Source: Candidatus Zhuqueibacterota bacterium
Lineage (GTDB): Bacteria; Zhuqueibacterota; Zhuqueibacteria; Oceanimicrobiales; Oceanimicrobiaceae
Reading direction: 5' to 3'
DNA length: 64,000 nt
Assembly (NCBI GenBank): GCA_029261995.1
Contig: JAJDAF010000060.1
Coordinates: 21,963-85,962, forward strand
Position numbers and translations under genes: made by a program. Positions 39,355 to 48,745 of the stretch are shown here, one piece after another. Under the pieces are notes generated by a model, which worked only from the letters and a program-made list of their open reading frames with translations, searched no databases and was not told where the DNA came from. Every line of letters starts with the position of its first letter. Within the stretch, counting starts at the first letter, position 1.

Positions 39355-40284
39355 ATGACTAGAGAGAAAGAGTTAGATGTCGCGGTGGTCGGTAATGTCG
39401 GAATCGACACGAATGTTTACTTTCCCGAGGGGGATGTCGATTTCACGGCGGAGTCGAATTTCACCGAGAACATCGATTATGTCGGCCAGGCCGGCGGCTA
39501 TACCAGTCGCGGTTTCAGCAGGCTGGGACTCCGCACCGCTTTTGTCGGCTACCTGGGAGATGATGCCAGCGGACATTTGATCCGGGAAGAATTCGCCGGC
39601 GACGGCATTGACACCACAGCGGTTTTCATCGATCCGGCCGGCACCAGTCGCAGCATCAATTTCATGTATGGCGATGGCCGCCGCAAGAACTTTTACGATG
39701 GCAAGAGCCATTGTGCGCTTGCGCCTGACCTTGAGGTTTGCCGTAGCATTCTGGCCAAATCAACCCTCGCTCATTTCAATATTCCGGATTGGGCGCGCCA
39801 CCTGCTGCCGCTGGCAAAGGAACTCGGGCTTACCATTTCATGTGATATCCAGGATGTCCCTCTGGCGGGTGATGCTTACCGCAAGGACTTCGTCGAGTAT
39901 GCCGACGTCCTGTTCTTTTCCGCGGTCAATCATGACCGGCCGGGCGATTTGATCGAAGCGTTCCTGCAGACGAAGCCAAATCAAATCGTCGTTGCAGGCA
40001 TGCGTGCGAATGGCTGCGCAGTCGGTACGGCCTCTGGTCTGGAGTTTTTTCCGGCAGTGCAACTCGAAGCGCCGGTGGTCGATACCAACGGCGCCGGCGA
40101 TGGCTTGGCGGTCGGCTTTTTGTCGAGTTATGTGTTCAAAGGATGTTCTGTGCACGATGCCATCCTGCGCGGTCAGATTGTGGCGCGACATACCTGCAGC
40201 CAGCGGGCTTCGTCCTCGAATCTTATGACCGCAGACCAGCTTGAGCGGGAAATTAAGTCTGTGCCGACGAAGCAAGTAACTTAG
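39355..40284 (+). CDS. PfkB-family carbohydrate kinase (ribokinase / ketodeoxygluconokinase-like)
   Basis: N-terminal VVGNVGIDT and C-terminal DTNGAGDGLAVGFL PfkB signatures. Confidence 0.8.
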   Translation: MTREKELDVAVVGNVGIDTNVYFPEGDVDFTAESNFTENIDYVGQAGGYTSRGFSRLGLRTAFVGYLGDDASGHLIREEFAGDGIDTTAVFIDPAGTSRSINFMYGDGRRKNFYDGKSHCALAPDLEVCRSILAKSTLAHFNIPDWARHLLPLAKELGLTISCDIQDVPLAGDAYRKDFVEYADVLFFSAVNHDRPGDLIEAFLQTKPNQIVVAGMRANGCAVGTASGLEFFPAVQLEAPVVDTNGAGDGLAVGFLSSYVFKGCSVHDAILRGQIVARHTCSQRASSSNLMTADQLEREIKSVPTKQVT

Positions 40285-40342
40285 CCACTGATTTTCACTG
40301 ATGGATACGGATTAGCCAAGTCTTGCCGAGAAGTGGACTCAT

Positions 40343-40564
40343 TTACGTTTCGCCGAAGGCGTTGTTAAGCAATTCCTTTGCTTGCGATGCATCTTCTTTC
40401 TTGACTAACAAATCAACACCACCGGCATAGGCCAAAGATGGCCTTATGCCTCCATGATCATCAGAAGAGATCAAGACTTCGATGCCTTCTTTTTCCAGTA
40501 ATTCCTTTGCCATTTCTGCTTCATGCCGATATAGGAATGTTCTAACCTTCGTTAACATTGTCAT
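40343..40564 (-). CDS. DUF2007-like small protein
   Basis: 73 aa: LYRHEAEMAKELLEKEGIEVLISSDDHGG...LLVKKEDASQAKELL. Confidence 0.5.
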   Translation of the reverse strand: MTMLTKVRTFLYRHEAEMAKELLEKEGIEVLISSDDHGGIRPSLAYAGGVDLLVKKEDASQAKELLNNAFGET

Positions 40565-40593
40565 TACTTTCCTTTAGTTTGCCCTAACGATAA

Positions 40594-40624
40594 CTGCTGG
40601 TGGGGGATTTTGCCGCCCACCTGC
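40594..40624 (-). promoter_or_regulatory. conserved 5' leader hairpin, copy 1
   Basis: CTGGTGGGGGATTTTGCCGCCCACCTG (GGTGGG / CCCACC stem), about 30 nt upstream of the start codon of 40343..40564. Confidence 0.45.
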
Positions 40625-40767
40625 CTCGTCCATCAGGTAATCCTCTACGCACGAACAGATCGGGAATTGCATTCCCCAGGAACACTACAGCATCCGCAAT
40701 AACTCAACTTCGAGAATCGAATGATCTTGTATTTGGCCATATCCGGTTATGCTGTTACCACCTGGCA

Positions 40768-40838
40768 AGTGCAGGGGGATGCAATCTCCTGTTTAGTTTC
40801 ACCACCACGGTCTGAAGCCACGTGGCACACGGTCTCCT
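40768..40838. repeat. about 70-nt conserved intergenic element, copy A
   Basis: GTGCAGGGGGATGCAATCTCCTGTTTAGTTTCACC...CCACGTGGCACACGGTCTCC, about 80% identical to 41554..41622. Confidence 0.5.
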
Positions 40839-40939
40839 ATCCATTCTCGTCCTGGCCACCCGCCCGATGAAATGCCAAGTGCGGACCCGCACGCGCTGGG
40901 TGTTGTGGGGAGGGCGGGAGAGAACCCGCCCTTACCCGA

Positions 40940-41494
40940 TTAGCTGAGCTTGACGGCTGTTCCGTACACTAACAATTCAGCTGCACTGCCAATAACACTC
41001 GTAGTCATATAGCGAACATTAATTACCGCATCGGCTCCCATTTCAGCAGCCTTAACTGTCATCCTCTCGGTAGCGGTTGACCGAGCGCTCCCCATCATCT
41101 CCGTGTACTCAGTTAATTCACCTCCAAGAATCAGCCTGACTATGGCGGATAGGTCTTTGCCAAGCCATATGGCAAAGACCGTGTGTCCTTGGACCAGACC
41201 GAGAATCTCATTGATTTCTCGACCGGGCAGTACATCGGAGTTCAGCAGCAGAACCGTACGATCAGCCTCAGTAGCCAGCGGCTCTTCAACTGATGCCATG
41301 TGTGCCTTTTGTTCGAGAGCTAATGTCGCTAGCACCACAAGGATACCCCCCAAAAGACAGAAAACCGCTGTTCTCATCCACCATGGTAGGACCGGATCAT
41401 CGGCAACCATTATGTACCACGGCATCCCCACAAATACTGCAGTAAAAAGCCCAAACACGAACGCCACTGAGCCAATCTGTCTAAGCCCTTTCAT
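40940..41494 (-). CDS. membrane-anchored YbjQ/DUF74 (UPF0145) family protein
   Basis: Two N-terminal TM helices. The C-terminal domain NEILGLVQGHTVFAIW...MGADAVINVRYMTTS...AELLVYGTAVKL fits the YbjQ fold signature. Confidence 0.65.
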   Translation of the reverse strand: MKGLRQIGSVAFVFGLFTAVFVGMPWYIMVADDPVLPWWMRTAVFCLLGGILVVLATLALEQKAHMASVEEPLATEADRTVLLLNSDVLPGREINEILGLVQGHTVFAIWLGKDLSAIVRLILGGELTEYTEMMGSARSTATERMTVKAAEMGADAVINVRYMTTSVIGSAAELLVYGTAVKLS

Positions 41495-41553
41495 GGCTTC
41501 TCCTTTCTGACTATCATAAACGAAATCTTAGCTAACGACCCGGTCACCCGTCA

Positions 41554-41622
41554 GGTGCAGGGGGATGCAACCTCTTGTTCAATTTCACACAGTCTCTCAG
41601 GCCACGTGCCACACGGTTTCCA
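41554..41622. repeat. about 70-nt conserved intergenic element, copy B
   Basis: GTGCAGGGGGATGCAACCTCTTGTTCAATTTCAC...CCACGTGCCACACGGTTTCC. Sits 60-130 nt upstream of the start of 40940..41494. Confidence 0.5.
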
Positions 41623-41681
41623 ACTAGTTCTTGTCAATGCCACCCAGGCGGCTTCCTATTTGACCCCACAAATGAAAGAAG

Positions 41682-42398
41682 CTAAATATTCTCATCGAAA
41701 AGAGATTGGATTTCATCTTCCCTAAGCGTACGATCATAGATTCTAATATCATCAATGACGCCATTGAAGAAGTACCTACTTGTGTCACGGTTTGTGCCAA
41801 TAAATGACCTTGGGAAACCTACATCAGAATGATGATTCATGAATGGCACAGAATTAATAATCTCTCCGTTTACGTAGGCACTTGTATTCAATGAATCAAT
41901 CATCAGGACAGCGTGATACCAATTATTCTGTACAATTGTATACAGAATATCATCACCCTGACCGCCGCCAGCTTCCAATCGCAATTTATATTCATTAGAC
42001 TGATTATCTTTGAAGACATCAATATTCGTACTTGAATAGTCCAAATTTGGATGGTCAGAATTGTATAATCTGTTGTATCCATCCACTTCATTTACACTAA
42101 ACCAAAGGCTAATGGTACGTTGTGCTAAATCAAAATCTGAAGGTAAGCCGATGAAATCATCGACCCCATCAAAACTAAATGCCCGGTTGCTGTTACCAGC
42201 CCTATCTTCAATTAATTCAACGCCATGTACTATTCCATTGTTCGAACTTGTTGCGTCATCTTTTGCATTACCGTTAAATGGATAATAGGCAACCAAGCCA
42301 TCAGTAGGTATTGGTTTCATATCAGGCGCGGTCGAATTGCCACAGGCTGAAATAAGAAAAGTGACCGTTAAGAACATAAGAAGATTTGACATAGCCAT
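41682..42398 (-). CDS. LamG/concanavalin-A-like lectin-domain lipoprotein
   Basis: Lipobox LISACG. GLVAYYPFNGNAKDD...FSFDGVDDFI is typical of LamG-type jelly-roll domains. Confidence 0.6.
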   Translation of the reverse strand: MAMSNLLMFLTVTFLISACGNSTAPDMKPIPTDGLVAYYPFNGNAKDDATSSNNGIVHGVELIEDRAGNSNRAFSFDGVDDFIGLPSDFDLAQRTISLWFSVNEVDGYNRLYNSDHPNLDYSSTNIDVFKDNQSNEYKLRLEAGGGQGDDILYTIVQNNWYHAVLMIDSLNTSAYVNGEIINSVPFMNHHSDVGFPRSFIGTNRDTSRYFFNGVIDDIRIYDRTLREDEIQSLFDENI

Positions 42399-42454
42399 TG
42401 ATTTGCCTCCTCTGGGTTACCTGCAATGTTATTACGGCATAACACAATGCACTC

Positions 42455-42479
42455 CTGGTGGGGATTTGCCGCCCACCTG
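42455..42479 (-). promoter_or_regulatory. conserved 5' leader hairpin, copy 2
   Basis: CCTGGTGGGGATTTGCCGCCCACCTG, about 57 nt upstream of the start of 41682..42398. Near-identical to 40594..40624. Confidence 0.45.
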
Positions 42480-43918
42480 AATCCCTCCTTGCCAATGCCA
42501 CCGGAAACAAGCCTCTCCCGCAAAAGTCACGCACGCAAAAAGGGCTGAAAAACGGAAGAGCTGCGGAAACTTCTGACAAGATAGACATCGTAGTCCCGTA
42601 AGTCAACGGAAAACGTGGCTCAATGTCCATTGCTATTGCGCCGTCTTCAAAAGCAAACGGCACGCAGGAGCGCATTGCTACGCCGAGAGAGTGTGGAAAA
42701 CGGGCTGAAGCCCATCAGGCAGTGTTTTGGGTTCGAGCGACACCCCGCGCTGAAGCACGGAGCTATTCAGGATGGAAACAAGAGGATCCTGGTTCCCACG
42801 CTCCGGCGTGGCGAATCCAGACAACGACGCTCCTGCGTCGAGTGGCGGCGCCTTACGCGGGTCGCATAGGAACACGGGACGCGGGAGCGTCCCAGGATGC
42901 ATTCCCACGCCGAGCGTGGCGAACGAGACTTACGAGCGGCGACCCTGACCATGAGTCTTCTCTCAGCTCTTGGTGGTCTCGGGCATAGTCCCCACATTTA
43001 TGAACAAAACTTCTTGACCCCAGGCAGAAATAACCCACCGCATTATGGCGTGAAAATCATGGCTGCTTTCCAGCTTATGATCCGGAGTTAACAAATTTTC
43101 CGAGATCGAGACGAGGATTCAAGACAACGGGATCAAAAATTAAAAACATCGGGTGTTTTTGAAAAAAGATCCCGATCTAAATTCGAAAAAGTCCCGTTGT
43201 TTTTGTCGAAAAAGCCGGATTTTTTGGCAAAAAATCACGAAAAAGGACTGGTTTTGGGCGCAACTGGGGACAGTTTGGGCGTGGCTTTTTGGGGTGGCCG
43301 CTAGCAGGCCAAAGGCAGGTGATGGGTAGAAATGACCGGACGGACAGGCCTCCGCCGCGGCCAGGTGCTAGCCGGTCTCTTTGGTGTCGATGTTGTTCAG
43401 CATTTTGTTTGCCTCTTTACCTGGCCGGAAGCGCAGGTGGTTGGTGTCAATGTTCTGGGCAGTGACGTCTTCTTCCGTGTCAGCGCCGTTGCTGCATAGG
43501 CTGAGCCGGAAACTGCTAGGGTCACCGGGATTGCTTCTGGCAGCGATTGTATCGTAGACCAACATGACAATACTCCTTTGCACATGAGTAAGAAAATGGA
43601 TCAGGAGGTCAGGGGAGCATGATTGCAAAGTCACCTCCACCCATCCTGGACTTGCCTGCCTTATCTTATCGTCATACGAGGCGGAGATCTGAGAGATGTT
43701 GAGAAAACGTGATAATTATTTATGAATCGAACTTGCGGAAGGCACTCATGCAGGGGTTCTCTGCTGGCTAGGGAAGTTTTGTCCAGCGGGGTAGACATCC
43801 CCCTGATTTGTTCGCTGGACGCCCTTCGACAAGCTCAGGACATGCTTCACAAATCGTCCCCCTTCGAAGGAGGAGTCGGCTGCCCTTCCGAAGGGCCTGC
43901 CCTGAGCTTGTCGAAGGG

Positions 43919-44251
43919 CTATTTCTTCGGCGAAACAACCACAGCAGTACTGTAGCACAAGACTTCGGTGACACCGCCCATCAATTCCGTCGCATCGTAT
44001 CTTACTCCCAGCAGAGCATTGGCTCCCAATTCTTCCGCATGGGAAACCATCATATCAAATGCTTCTTCTCTGGTCTTTTCACATAATTCGGTAAACACAG
44101 TGATATTGCCGCCGACCAACGCATGCAACACCCCGCCCAGGGTGCCGAATATAGAGCGCGATCGGACAACAATTCCGCGCACAACTCCCAGATTGCGCTC
44201 AACCTGGTAACCGTGGAGTTCAAAGGTTGTAGTCGTCATTGTTTTTTCCAT
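43919..44251 (-). CDS. YbjQ/DUF74 (UPF0145) family protein
   Basis: 110 aa: GIVVRSRSIFGTLGGVL...ELGANALLGVRYDATE...EVLCYSTAVVV, the canonical heavy-metal-binding-like domain. Confidence 0.75.
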   Translation of the reverse strand: MEKTMTTTTFELHGYQVERNLGVVRGIVVRSRSIFGTLGGVLHALVGGNITVFTELCEKTREEAFDMMVSHAEELGANALLGVRYDATELMGGVTEVLCYSTAVVVSPKK

Positions 44252-44337
44252 GTCAGCCTCGTCAAAAGAATCTTCCTCAAACTCTCAAACCACCAATTGG
44301 AAAAGAGAGCCGTGAATATCATACTGTACATACATAT

Positions 44338-45473
44338 CTAATTGGCACACCCTTCCGAGGTTACAGTTATGTCCTGAAAGACTTTGACATCCTGAATGTT
44401 CTCTATCCTCTCGCTTTCCCAGACGTAGGTTGGACTTCCGTCATAGATCCCGTATTCATTCGTAGCGTAATTGTACTCGGCTTGGATTAGAGCATCCCTG
44501 TCTTGATGAATTATCTGCTCTGTTTTCTCGATTTGCTTTTTGGACATACCCACTTCTTTAGCAATTTCTTGCCAGGGCTTGTCACTATGAACTCGTCGCT
44601 TCAGGTATTTGTAGGAGAATTGTTGAAATTGATCTCTGATGACTATTTGAACCAGGTTTTCACGCAACTCTTCCTCGCCATGCAATGATGCGTAAATCTT
44701 CTTGTCTCCATCATGCTGTTCATAAAAGATGAATCGTACTTCAAGCCTGGGCTTGCTGTCGCCGGCATAGTTGTCCAGTAAGTCCGTTAATGCAATCTCA
44801 GCGTTTTGGCCGAAAGGGCATTGACTCATCACAAAAAGCTCAAGGGTGTTCTGCTTTACAGGTTGAAATCTTACTACCTCAATTTCGTTCATCTCTTTTA
44901 GGTAACCATGAACGATAAAACGATCGGTAGCGTTCTGCCCAAGTGCAGAGAGAGAATTGCCCGTGAGTTTATATTGCCCTTGGTCTACCAGCAAATGCCA
45001 ATCTTCATCAGCTCGCATAATCATTCCGGATATCTTGACGAGATTCCAGATCGGGTTCTTCTTAGAATCTTCCACTTTTGCAAGAAGAGACTTCATACCT
45101 TTGAGAGTAAGTTTGCTATCCGCATCGAGATTGTCGAGATCGACGGTCTTAACAAAGTCAGCGGATTTCCAGGCAAGACGGTGCTCAATAATCTCCAAAA
45201 GGCTTGCGTCGTCGGACTGGATTGTCCAGACGACCTGCTCTTCTACCTGCGCTATTCCCAGATGAAAATCAACAAATCCCCCGAATCTTTCGATGCCGTC
45301 AGCGAGAGAGCTGCTGAGTACAGAAAACTCATCTAATGTCAATTTGAGTTCATAGCGCGGATCTTGTGGAGTTAACTTGTTCTGCTCTTTACCGTTTTGT
45401 GCTGAAATGGGCGTGGTGTGGAGAGAGTTTATAATCAAGATCATTAACAGGACAAAGAGTCTATTGGTGACAT
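44338..45473 (-). CDS. hypothetical secreted protein
   Basis: Signal peptide MRPHVTNRLFVLLMILIINSLHT. The track ORF extends to 46010, but that N-terminal extension overlaps the neighbouring gene's Cys-rich repeats in another frame. A single CPFG motif sits in a possible thioredoxin-like C-terminal region. Confidence 0.45.
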
Positions 45474-45514
45474 GTGGTCTCATTTCTGGTCTCCGTTTCA
45501 AACATTGAGTACTG

Positions 45515-48082
45515 TCACAGGCACTCTCCGGGAATCCATCTATTCCCGCTCGCTCGTAGGCCGTTGCAGACACGCGACAGGCATTGGTGGTGGTGCGAGC
45601 AAATATCTCCTCTTCTGCCGTTGTTGTTTGGCATGCAGCGATTGGTTCTGGAGGTTCCGTTACCGGCATCACAGTAGCCTGAGGCACATTGATGATTCTG
45701 TGAGCAATTGTGTCCGAGAGCGAATTTGCTGCTGCACTTTCCAGGAATCCATCGATTGCCGCTCGCGCGGAGTCCCTCACAGTTGCCGGAAGTACATTGA
45801 TTGTCATGCGAGCAGATATCCCCTGATCTACCATTCCTGTTGGGCATGCAGCGATCGGTCCTGGAGGTTCCGTTGCCGGCGTCACAGTAGCCCGAAGCAC
45901 ATTGATGATTTTGGGAGCAATTGTGTCCGAGAGCGAATTTGTTGCCGCACCTCCCAGGTATCCATTGTCCGCCACTCGCTCGTAACCCTTCACAGATGCC
46001 TGAAGTACATTGGTTGTCATGCGAGCAGATATCTCCTATTCTGCCATTTCGGTTGGGCATACAGAGGCTGGTTTTGGAGGTACCATCGCCGCGGTCGCAA
46101 TAGCCGGAACTGCATTGGCTGTTGCTAAAGCAGTACATGCCAAGGGGCTTCGTGCTGCTGTTGCTGCACTGGCCTGGAATCCAATTCTTCCCGTCGCTGT
46201 GGGGCCTTAGGCCTGCACAATTATGGGACGCGCATTGGTCGTCATGTGAGCATATATCGCCTGGTCTACCGTTATTGTTTGGCATGCACCTGTTCGTTTT
46301 GGATGTTCCGTCGCCCGCGTCACAGTAGCCGGATTTACACTCTGTGTTAGCGAAACAGGTGTCGCCCAATGCCTTTGGTGCCATGCCATGTGCTGCAAAG
46401 ATATTGTGCGCCTGAGCGCTTTCTTCCGGGTCTGCGTGCTCACCGAGCCATTGCAGGATTGTGTAAGCTAGGTCATCGATCCTATGTCCCGTGTTCTTTG
46501 CAAGTGCATAGGAAAAAGCATTAACCATAGACTTGTTGGCGTTCGCTGGACTTGACCACACGCTGTCCCAAAGGGTTTTATGGAACGCTTGGGCGAGGGG
46601 TAATCCCATCCAGTAGTCGGTGGCCCCACACTGGTTATTCCACTGGTCAGTGCGAGAAAGGTAAAAGGATGAACTTGGCACGCCACTTACTACCGGGTTC
46701 TGTGTGACATAGTAGCCATATCTTGCGTCGTGCAAGAAAACGCTCATGAACATCTCTGCGATGGCTTCCTGAAATGAACGTTGGTCACATTTGGCCGGAT
46801 CGAAACCAATACTAAAGCCAGGTACAAAGGAAATGTCCATGTGGCCAAAGACGTAACCTGCCGCATAGTGTCCAAACTCATGAGCAACGAGATGGTCGGT
46901 AGTTTCGCCGGCTTTGATGTGAATCTTAGGCCCTTCATGTGGCCAAGCGCGCATGCATCCATCTTGTGAGCTTGTGATGGGAACACAGGCTACGCTAAAT
47001 GCACCTTGCGTGAGAACGTTCGGGCCAACGCGATCATTCGCATGTTTGATGGGCCCACCGGTCCAGCCGGGTGGTGTGATCCACAGGTGATTTTTCGCGT
47101 ACTCTCTCGCTTCTTTAGTCCAGTAGTAGACCGTCTGTTCTTCAAATTGAGCCTTGTTATCTGCATCTGCAACCGTGAAGTCCGGGACTGTACATGTTGT
47201 GCTGGGGTGGCGTTGTGCCGGCCCTCGATCGCCCGCAATCTCATCAATCGGCCAATTTGTTGGGTTCGCAGGATTATACTCAAGACGATACTCGCATCCA
47301 TGCGCCCCCTCACGGACGCTTATCTGTGTTTGACCAAGCTGCGATGTACCATCAGCGTCCTTATAAAGGATGTCGATGGTCACCACACCTGGCTCTGTCT
47401 CCTGCGTGGACTCTACCGGAGCAGTTCTCATCCACAACCTATTCCTGTTGTCAGCAGCAAAGAGCCCATTGTCGAGCGCAGTGAACCCAACCACTCCGTT
47501 TGCCTGATCTATCTGTTTCCACGGAACGTCATACGGTACGGGCAATCGCATCCACAGTTTATTGTCTTTCGTCGCCGCAAATAGCTTCCCGTTAGCGGCA
47601 GCCATTCCGACCGTGTTATTTGCATGACCTATGTGCTGCCATGATACGTCACTTGGCACGGGCTCACGCATCCACAATCTATTATCACTCGTCGCCGCAA
47701 ACAGCTTGCTGCCAAGGGCAGCCATTGCGACCACATTATTTGCGTGACCTATGTGCTGCCATGCAACGTTACGTGGCACGGGCTCACGCATCCACAATCT
47801 ATTGTCTTTCGTCGCCGCAAACAGCTTCCCATTAACGGCCGCCATTCCGACGATATTGTTTGCATGACCTATGTACTGCCATCGAACGTTGTGGGGCACG
47901 GACTCACGCATCCAAAGCTGATTGTTTTTCGTTGCCGCAAACAGCTTCCCATTGACGGCTGCCATTGCGACCACATTACTTGCACGACCTATCTGCTGCC
48001 ATTGGGCGTGAGCAGAACCACACAATGAGAGAAAAACACCTATACTGAGAACAGCTATCACAATGACTATTCTCCGGTCCAT
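45515..48082 (-). CDS. secreted protein with tectonin-like repeats, an HExxH zinc metallopeptidase-like domain and four C-terminal Cys-rich repeats
   Basis: Six repeats of about 45 aa of the form W(Q/K)xIGxANxVVxMAAxxGKLFAATxxNxLWMRxPVP, a tectonin/tachylectin-like pattern. VAHEFGHYAAGYVFGH zinc motif. Four repeats of about 70 aa rich in C...C.SGYCD.G.GTS.T..CMPN.NG..GDICSHD.QC.S..C.GLR. Confidence 0.6.
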   Translation of the reverse strand: MDRRIVIVIAVLSIGVFLSLCGSAHAQWQQIGRASNVVAMAAVNGKLFAATKNNQLWMRESVPHNVRWQYIGHANNIVGMAAVNGKLFAATKDNRLWMREPVPRNVAWQHIGHANNVVAMAALGSKLFAATSDNRLWMREPVPSDVSWQHIGHANNTVGMAAANGKLFAATKDNKLWMRLPVPYDVPWKQIDQANGVVGFTALDNGLFAADNRNRLWMRTAPVESTQETEPGVVTIDILYKDADGTSQLGQTQISVREGAHGCEYRLEYNPANPTNWPIDEIAGDRGPAQRHPSTTCTVPDFTVADADNKAQFEEQTVYYWTKEAREYAKNHLWITPPGWTGGPIKHANDRVGPNVLTQGAFSVACVPITSSQDGCMRAWPHEGPKIHIKAGETTDHLVAHEFGHYAAGYVFGHMDISFVPGFSIGFDPAKCDQRSFQEAIAEMFMSVFLHDARYGYYVTQNPVVSGVPSSSFYLSRTDQWNNQCGATDYWMGLPLAQAFHKTLWDSVWSSPANANKSMVNAFSYALAKNTGHRIDDLAYTILQWLGEHADPEESAQAHNIFAAHGMAPKALGDTCFANTECKSGYCDAGDGTSKTNRCMPNNNGRPGDICSHDDQCASHNCAGLRPHSDGKNWIPGQCSNSSTKPLGMYCFSNSQCSSGYCDRGDGTSKTSLCMPNRNGRIGDICSHDNQCTSGICEGLRASGGQWIPGRCGNKFALGHNCSQNHQCASGYCDAGNGTSRTDRCMPNRNGRSGDICSHDNQCTSGNCEGLRASGNRWIPGKCSSKFALGHNCSQNHQCASGYCDAGNGTSRTNRCMPNNNGRRGDICSHHHQCLSRVCNGLRASGNRWIPGECL

Positions 48083-48253
48083 GCGATTCTCCTTTGCGAT
48101 TTGATACAGAGCGACAGTGATCTTTGAAAACCGTTTCAACTCTATTTAGGAACTCCATCGAGGTATTGCTGCATTGGAGAGCAAATCAGGCTTCATCTCT
48201 CGGACTTTATTGTCCGCGAGCGTGCGAAGGAGCGAGATCCCCAGAGGTGAGTT

Positions 48254-48745
48254 TCAAGTCAAATGAGCGGAGGACAGACCCGTTCTGACTTCCTGCAGAA
48301 TTGCGGCCACGACTTCTGGTATGGCCGCCGCGATTTCATCGGATAAGCCAATGCCCACCTGCTGCTCAGGGTCGATAGCAACGGCGTATAGCGTGATATC
48401 CGGCTGTTCGCCCAGCAGGTAAAAAGTGTCGATCAAGTCCTTCAGCCCAATGTCGTGTGCGGTCAGGGTGCGTGGATAGTCGGAAGAAAAGCGCGGACGC
48501 AGCCGACGCACCGTGCCGATGGGTGCGTCGAGTGCCGCCGCGTCAATCAGGATAACACGTTTCGCTTCTTGCATGGGCTCGAGCAGCAGGAAGCTGCCGG
48601 TGCCGCCATCCAGGCTGACCACGCCATCCGGCAATGTTTCTTTTTCCAACGCCCGGATGGCGTGGACGCCAAGGCCCTCGTCGCCCATCAGCAAATTGCC
48701 GATGCCGAGGACCAGGATGTGCCCGCCAGTTCTATTTGTGTTCAT
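48254..48745 (-). CDS. hyaD: hydrogenase maturation endopeptidase (HyaD/HybD family)
   Basis: ILVLGIGNLLMGDEGLGVHAIRAL. Sits directly downstream of the hydrogenase cytochrome b. The true start is the M at 48745. Confidence 0.75.
   Translation of the reverse strand: MNTNRTGGHILVLGIGNLLMGDEGLGVHAIRALEKETLPDGVVSLDGGTGSFLLLEPMQEAKRVILIDAAALDAPIGTVRRLRPRFSSDYPRTLTAHDIGLKDLIDTFYLLGEQPDITLYAVAIDPEQQVGIGLSDEIAAAIPEVVAAILQEVRTGLSSAHLT

Noticed and set aside
42676-42935. Two or three degenerate copies of an approximately 30-nt motif (TTCCCACGCyssrGCGTGGCGAAysAGAC), about 115 nt apart, in an ORF-poor stretch. Considered as a CRISPR remnant or repeat element.
   Set aside because: Only two or three imperfect copies with unequal spacing and no cas genes. 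Too weak to call. The ORFs 42615..42869 and 42623..42988 there look non-coding.
43368-43640. Small minus-strand ORF (about 65-90 aa) downstream of the YbjQ gene, considered as a RiPP precursor or small toxin
   Set aside because: No recognisable leader/core organisation, and no partner modification enzyme or antitoxin nearby. Left unannotated.
45472-46128. Cys/Arg/His-rich plus-strand ORF (218 aa) and the N-terminal extension of ORF 46010..44338
   Set aside because: Both are alternative-frame images of the periodic Cys-rich repeat DNA of the 874-aa minus-strand protein. The downstream gene most plausibly starts at its signal-peptide Met (45473).
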